A stretch of 63,682 nt of DNA, the filler included, from Hyphochytrium catenoides (lineage: Eukaryota; Protista; Hyphochytriomycota): the NCBI GenBank assembly GCA_900088475.1. It is 9 parts of 9 records of this genome, joined end to end, with 100 filler letters (N's around TTAATTAATTAA, not from the genome) between each part and the next. Parts side by side here need not be neighbours in the genome. Positions count along the whole stretch, not along the records: positions 57,734 to 63,682 come from FLMG01002925.1; 8 more parts are not named here. The stretch is one strand, 5' to 3'. The position numbers and the translations under genes are program-made. Under the pieces are notes generated by a model. That model worked only from the letters and a program-made list of their open reading frames with translations, was not told the origin of the DNA and ran no database searches. How positions within the stretch are numbered: the stretch's first letter is position 1; the number at the start of each line of letters is the position of its first letter. This document shows, one piece after another, positions 63,331 to 63,682 of the stretch.

Positions 63331-63682
63331 ATGGACAGAGCGGAAGGAGCAGGAGTCCCATCACCCTCGGACAGACAGTATCGCGCTGTCGAAGATCCAT
63401 CGGAAGAGGGAGAGAGATCCTTACAAGCGCCAGAGCAATCACCAGATGGTCAAGCTCTTCTTGGAACTGGCCACCAGGATGAGCAATTGAGATCTCCCAG
63501 TCGTTCTGAGGATTCTAAGGAGCGCAAGTCATCTCCGCTTAAAGGCTCCTGTCCCATATGTTTGAAGGCTCTTTGCCAGGATGCAGCCATGATCTATAAA
63601 TGTCTGCATGGCTTCTGCTATCAGTGCATTCTCTCTTGGGCCTCCCACCTGCTTGTGGTGGAAGTTCAAAAGAGAGAGAATA
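63331..63682 (+). CDS. RING-HC (C3HC4) finger protein, 3'-truncated at the window end
   Basis: Open frame from ATG 63331: ..CPICLKALCQDAAMIYKCLHGFCYQCILSW.. Confidence 0.8.
   Translation, partial: MDRAEGAGVPSPSDRQYRAVEDPSEEGERSLQAPEQSPDGQALLGTGHQDEQLRSPSRSEDSKERKSSPLKGSCPICLKALCQDAAMIYKCLHGFCYQCILSWASHLLVVEVQKREN

Overview
Intron-rich eukaryotic nuclear DNA with canonical GT-AG introns and very abundant (GA/CT)n microsatellites. The gene content suggests a flagellate protist, probably a stramenopile (inference only). The window is not one contiguous locus: eight identical 100-nt artificial spacers (44 N + TTAATTAATTAA + 44 N) join nine scaffolds, so neighbourhoods across spacers mean nothing. 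Most short ORFs in the supplied track are microsatellite noise; real genes appear only after manual splicing. Genes reconstructed: cystinosin-like PQ-loop transporter, 7TM-RGS protein, intronless GALT/HIT-like protein, double-tetraspanin-like protein with a DUF4097-type ectodomain, bacterial-type GGCT-like protein (7 exons), C2/Pro-rich protein, ACT-domain TKL kinase, THI5/NMT1 3' end, PH plus chalcone-isomerase-fold protein, LisH-fused cystathionine beta-lyase, degenerate NBD-only mitochondrial-type Hsp70, SCP2 3' exon, CEP85-like coiled-coil protein with a CaaX end, a RING-HC protein and a secreted EGF-repeat protein. The first 8 kb hold three diverged copies of an unrecognised repeat, two of them head-to-head, plus an ORF broken by a 17-nt duplication. 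All family calls come from motif recognition by eye and need HMM/BLAST confirmation.
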